From Octopus sinensis (taxonomy: Eukaryota), in the NCBI RefSeq assembly GCF_006345805.1, contig NW_021834323.1:1-53019 (forward strand): 53,019 nucleotides of DNA, read 5' to 3'. Each line of letters begins with the position of its first letter. The first letter of the stretch is position 1. Shown here in pieces: positions 52,064-53,019 of this stretch. A model generated the notes under the pieces. The model saw only the letters and a list, made by a program, of their open reading frames with translations. It had not been told where the DNA came from and made no database searches. Position numbers and translations under genes: made by a program.

Positions 52064-52245
52064 TCGCTTGACAACTGATGTTGGTGTGTTTTCGTCCCCG
52101 TAACTTAGCGGTTCGGCATAAATGACCGATTGAATAAGTACTAGGCTTACAAAGAATAAATCCTAGGGGCGATTTGCTCGACTAAAAGCGGTGCTCCAGC
52201 ATGGCTTCAATCAAATGACTGAAACAAGTTAAAAGAAAAAGAAAA
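52064..52245 (+). mobile_element. SINE family A 3' half
   Basis: cgcttgacaactgatgttggtgtgttttcgtccccgtaacttagcggttcggc ... atgactgaaacaag. Confidence 0.88.
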
Positions 52246-52254
52246 GATATATAT

Positions 52255-52285
<31 letters not shown>

Positions 52286-52329
52286 AAATCTGCTACCACT
52301 ATTATCATTTCTTCGTTTTCTTTTTCTTT

Positions 52330-52383
<54 letters not shown>

Positions 52384-52849
52384 AACTACCACTGTTGCAT
52401 TTCTGGTATTCCTGCTGCTGCTGCTACGACTATCTTTGTTGTTGCCGTTAGCCTACCATATTCCCATTTCTGTCGTCATTTCCCATAATTCCACGTTTAG
52501 CCGCTGGGCTTTGAATGCAGTTTAACATATTAATCTCGTGAGGCTAATTAAAAACCAATCTCTTGGCTTATCTCTGTCTCTATGGAAACGCCGATAGCAA
52601 CACCAACAAACACACGAAACATGCACAAACCCATTCACGCACGCACACACACACACACACACAGATTACTCACAGAGACACATGCGGACGCATTCCTGAG
52701 TAAATATTGTTCATATCGAGGTAGCAAGATGGCAAACAGGGTAGGGCGCCGTACTAATTGCCTTCTAATGCGTAATTTTGTCTCCCTTTCTGCGTTTTTA
52801 GTTTGCGTTGTTGTTATTATTGGAGTCGTCGTCCTTGTCGTAGTTTTGT

Positions 52850-52950
52850 TGTTGTTGTTGCCCTAGATCAGCTGAGTTACAGTCAGTACCGTTCCAGCCG
52901 TGACAACCCCATCTTTTATTCAGACAGTGAATCTAGGGCAGCGTTATCAA
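52850..52950 (-). mobile_element. Repeat family C 3' fragment with (CAA)n tail
   Basis: gttccagccgtgacaaccccatctttt next to (GTT)n; by-eye similarity to 8050-8080 and to the reverse complement of 13490-13553. Confidence 0.45.
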
Positions 52951-53019
52951 ATGGCTTACCCAGTTAATTACCTCCGCCTTTCACTAAGGCGGAGGTATTG
53001 TGTCCAGTCGTGTTTGTCT

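Overview
Eukaryotic, AT-rich, extremely microsatellite-dense non-coding DNA, intronic or intergenic. The tRNA-derived SINE families and repeat landscape look like an octopus or other coleoid cephalopod genome (inference from recall, not a database result). I could not support any intact host protein-coding gene: nearly all ORFs in the track are translations of simple repeats. Recognisable content is mobile-element debris: many copies of at least four SINE-like families, an internally deleted mariner with both TIRs, a second mariner fragment, a decayed near-full-length DD41D-type Tc1/mariner, a 5'-truncated Tx1/L1-clade LINE, an RTE remnant, R4/Dong-like 3' ends in (AAT)n, a non-autonomous Helitron, a hAT MITE, and several Penelope-like fragments in (TA)n carrying minimal hammerhead ribozyme motifs. 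The most unusual signal is a long-range inverted duplication of otherwise unique sequence (27279-27452 vs 28448-28620; ~95 bp core, arms ~1 kb apart). It has the geometry of an ADAR editing-complementary dsRNA, and its left arm overlaps a 49-codon ORF. All alignments and coordinates were read by eye; element ends may be off by a few bases.
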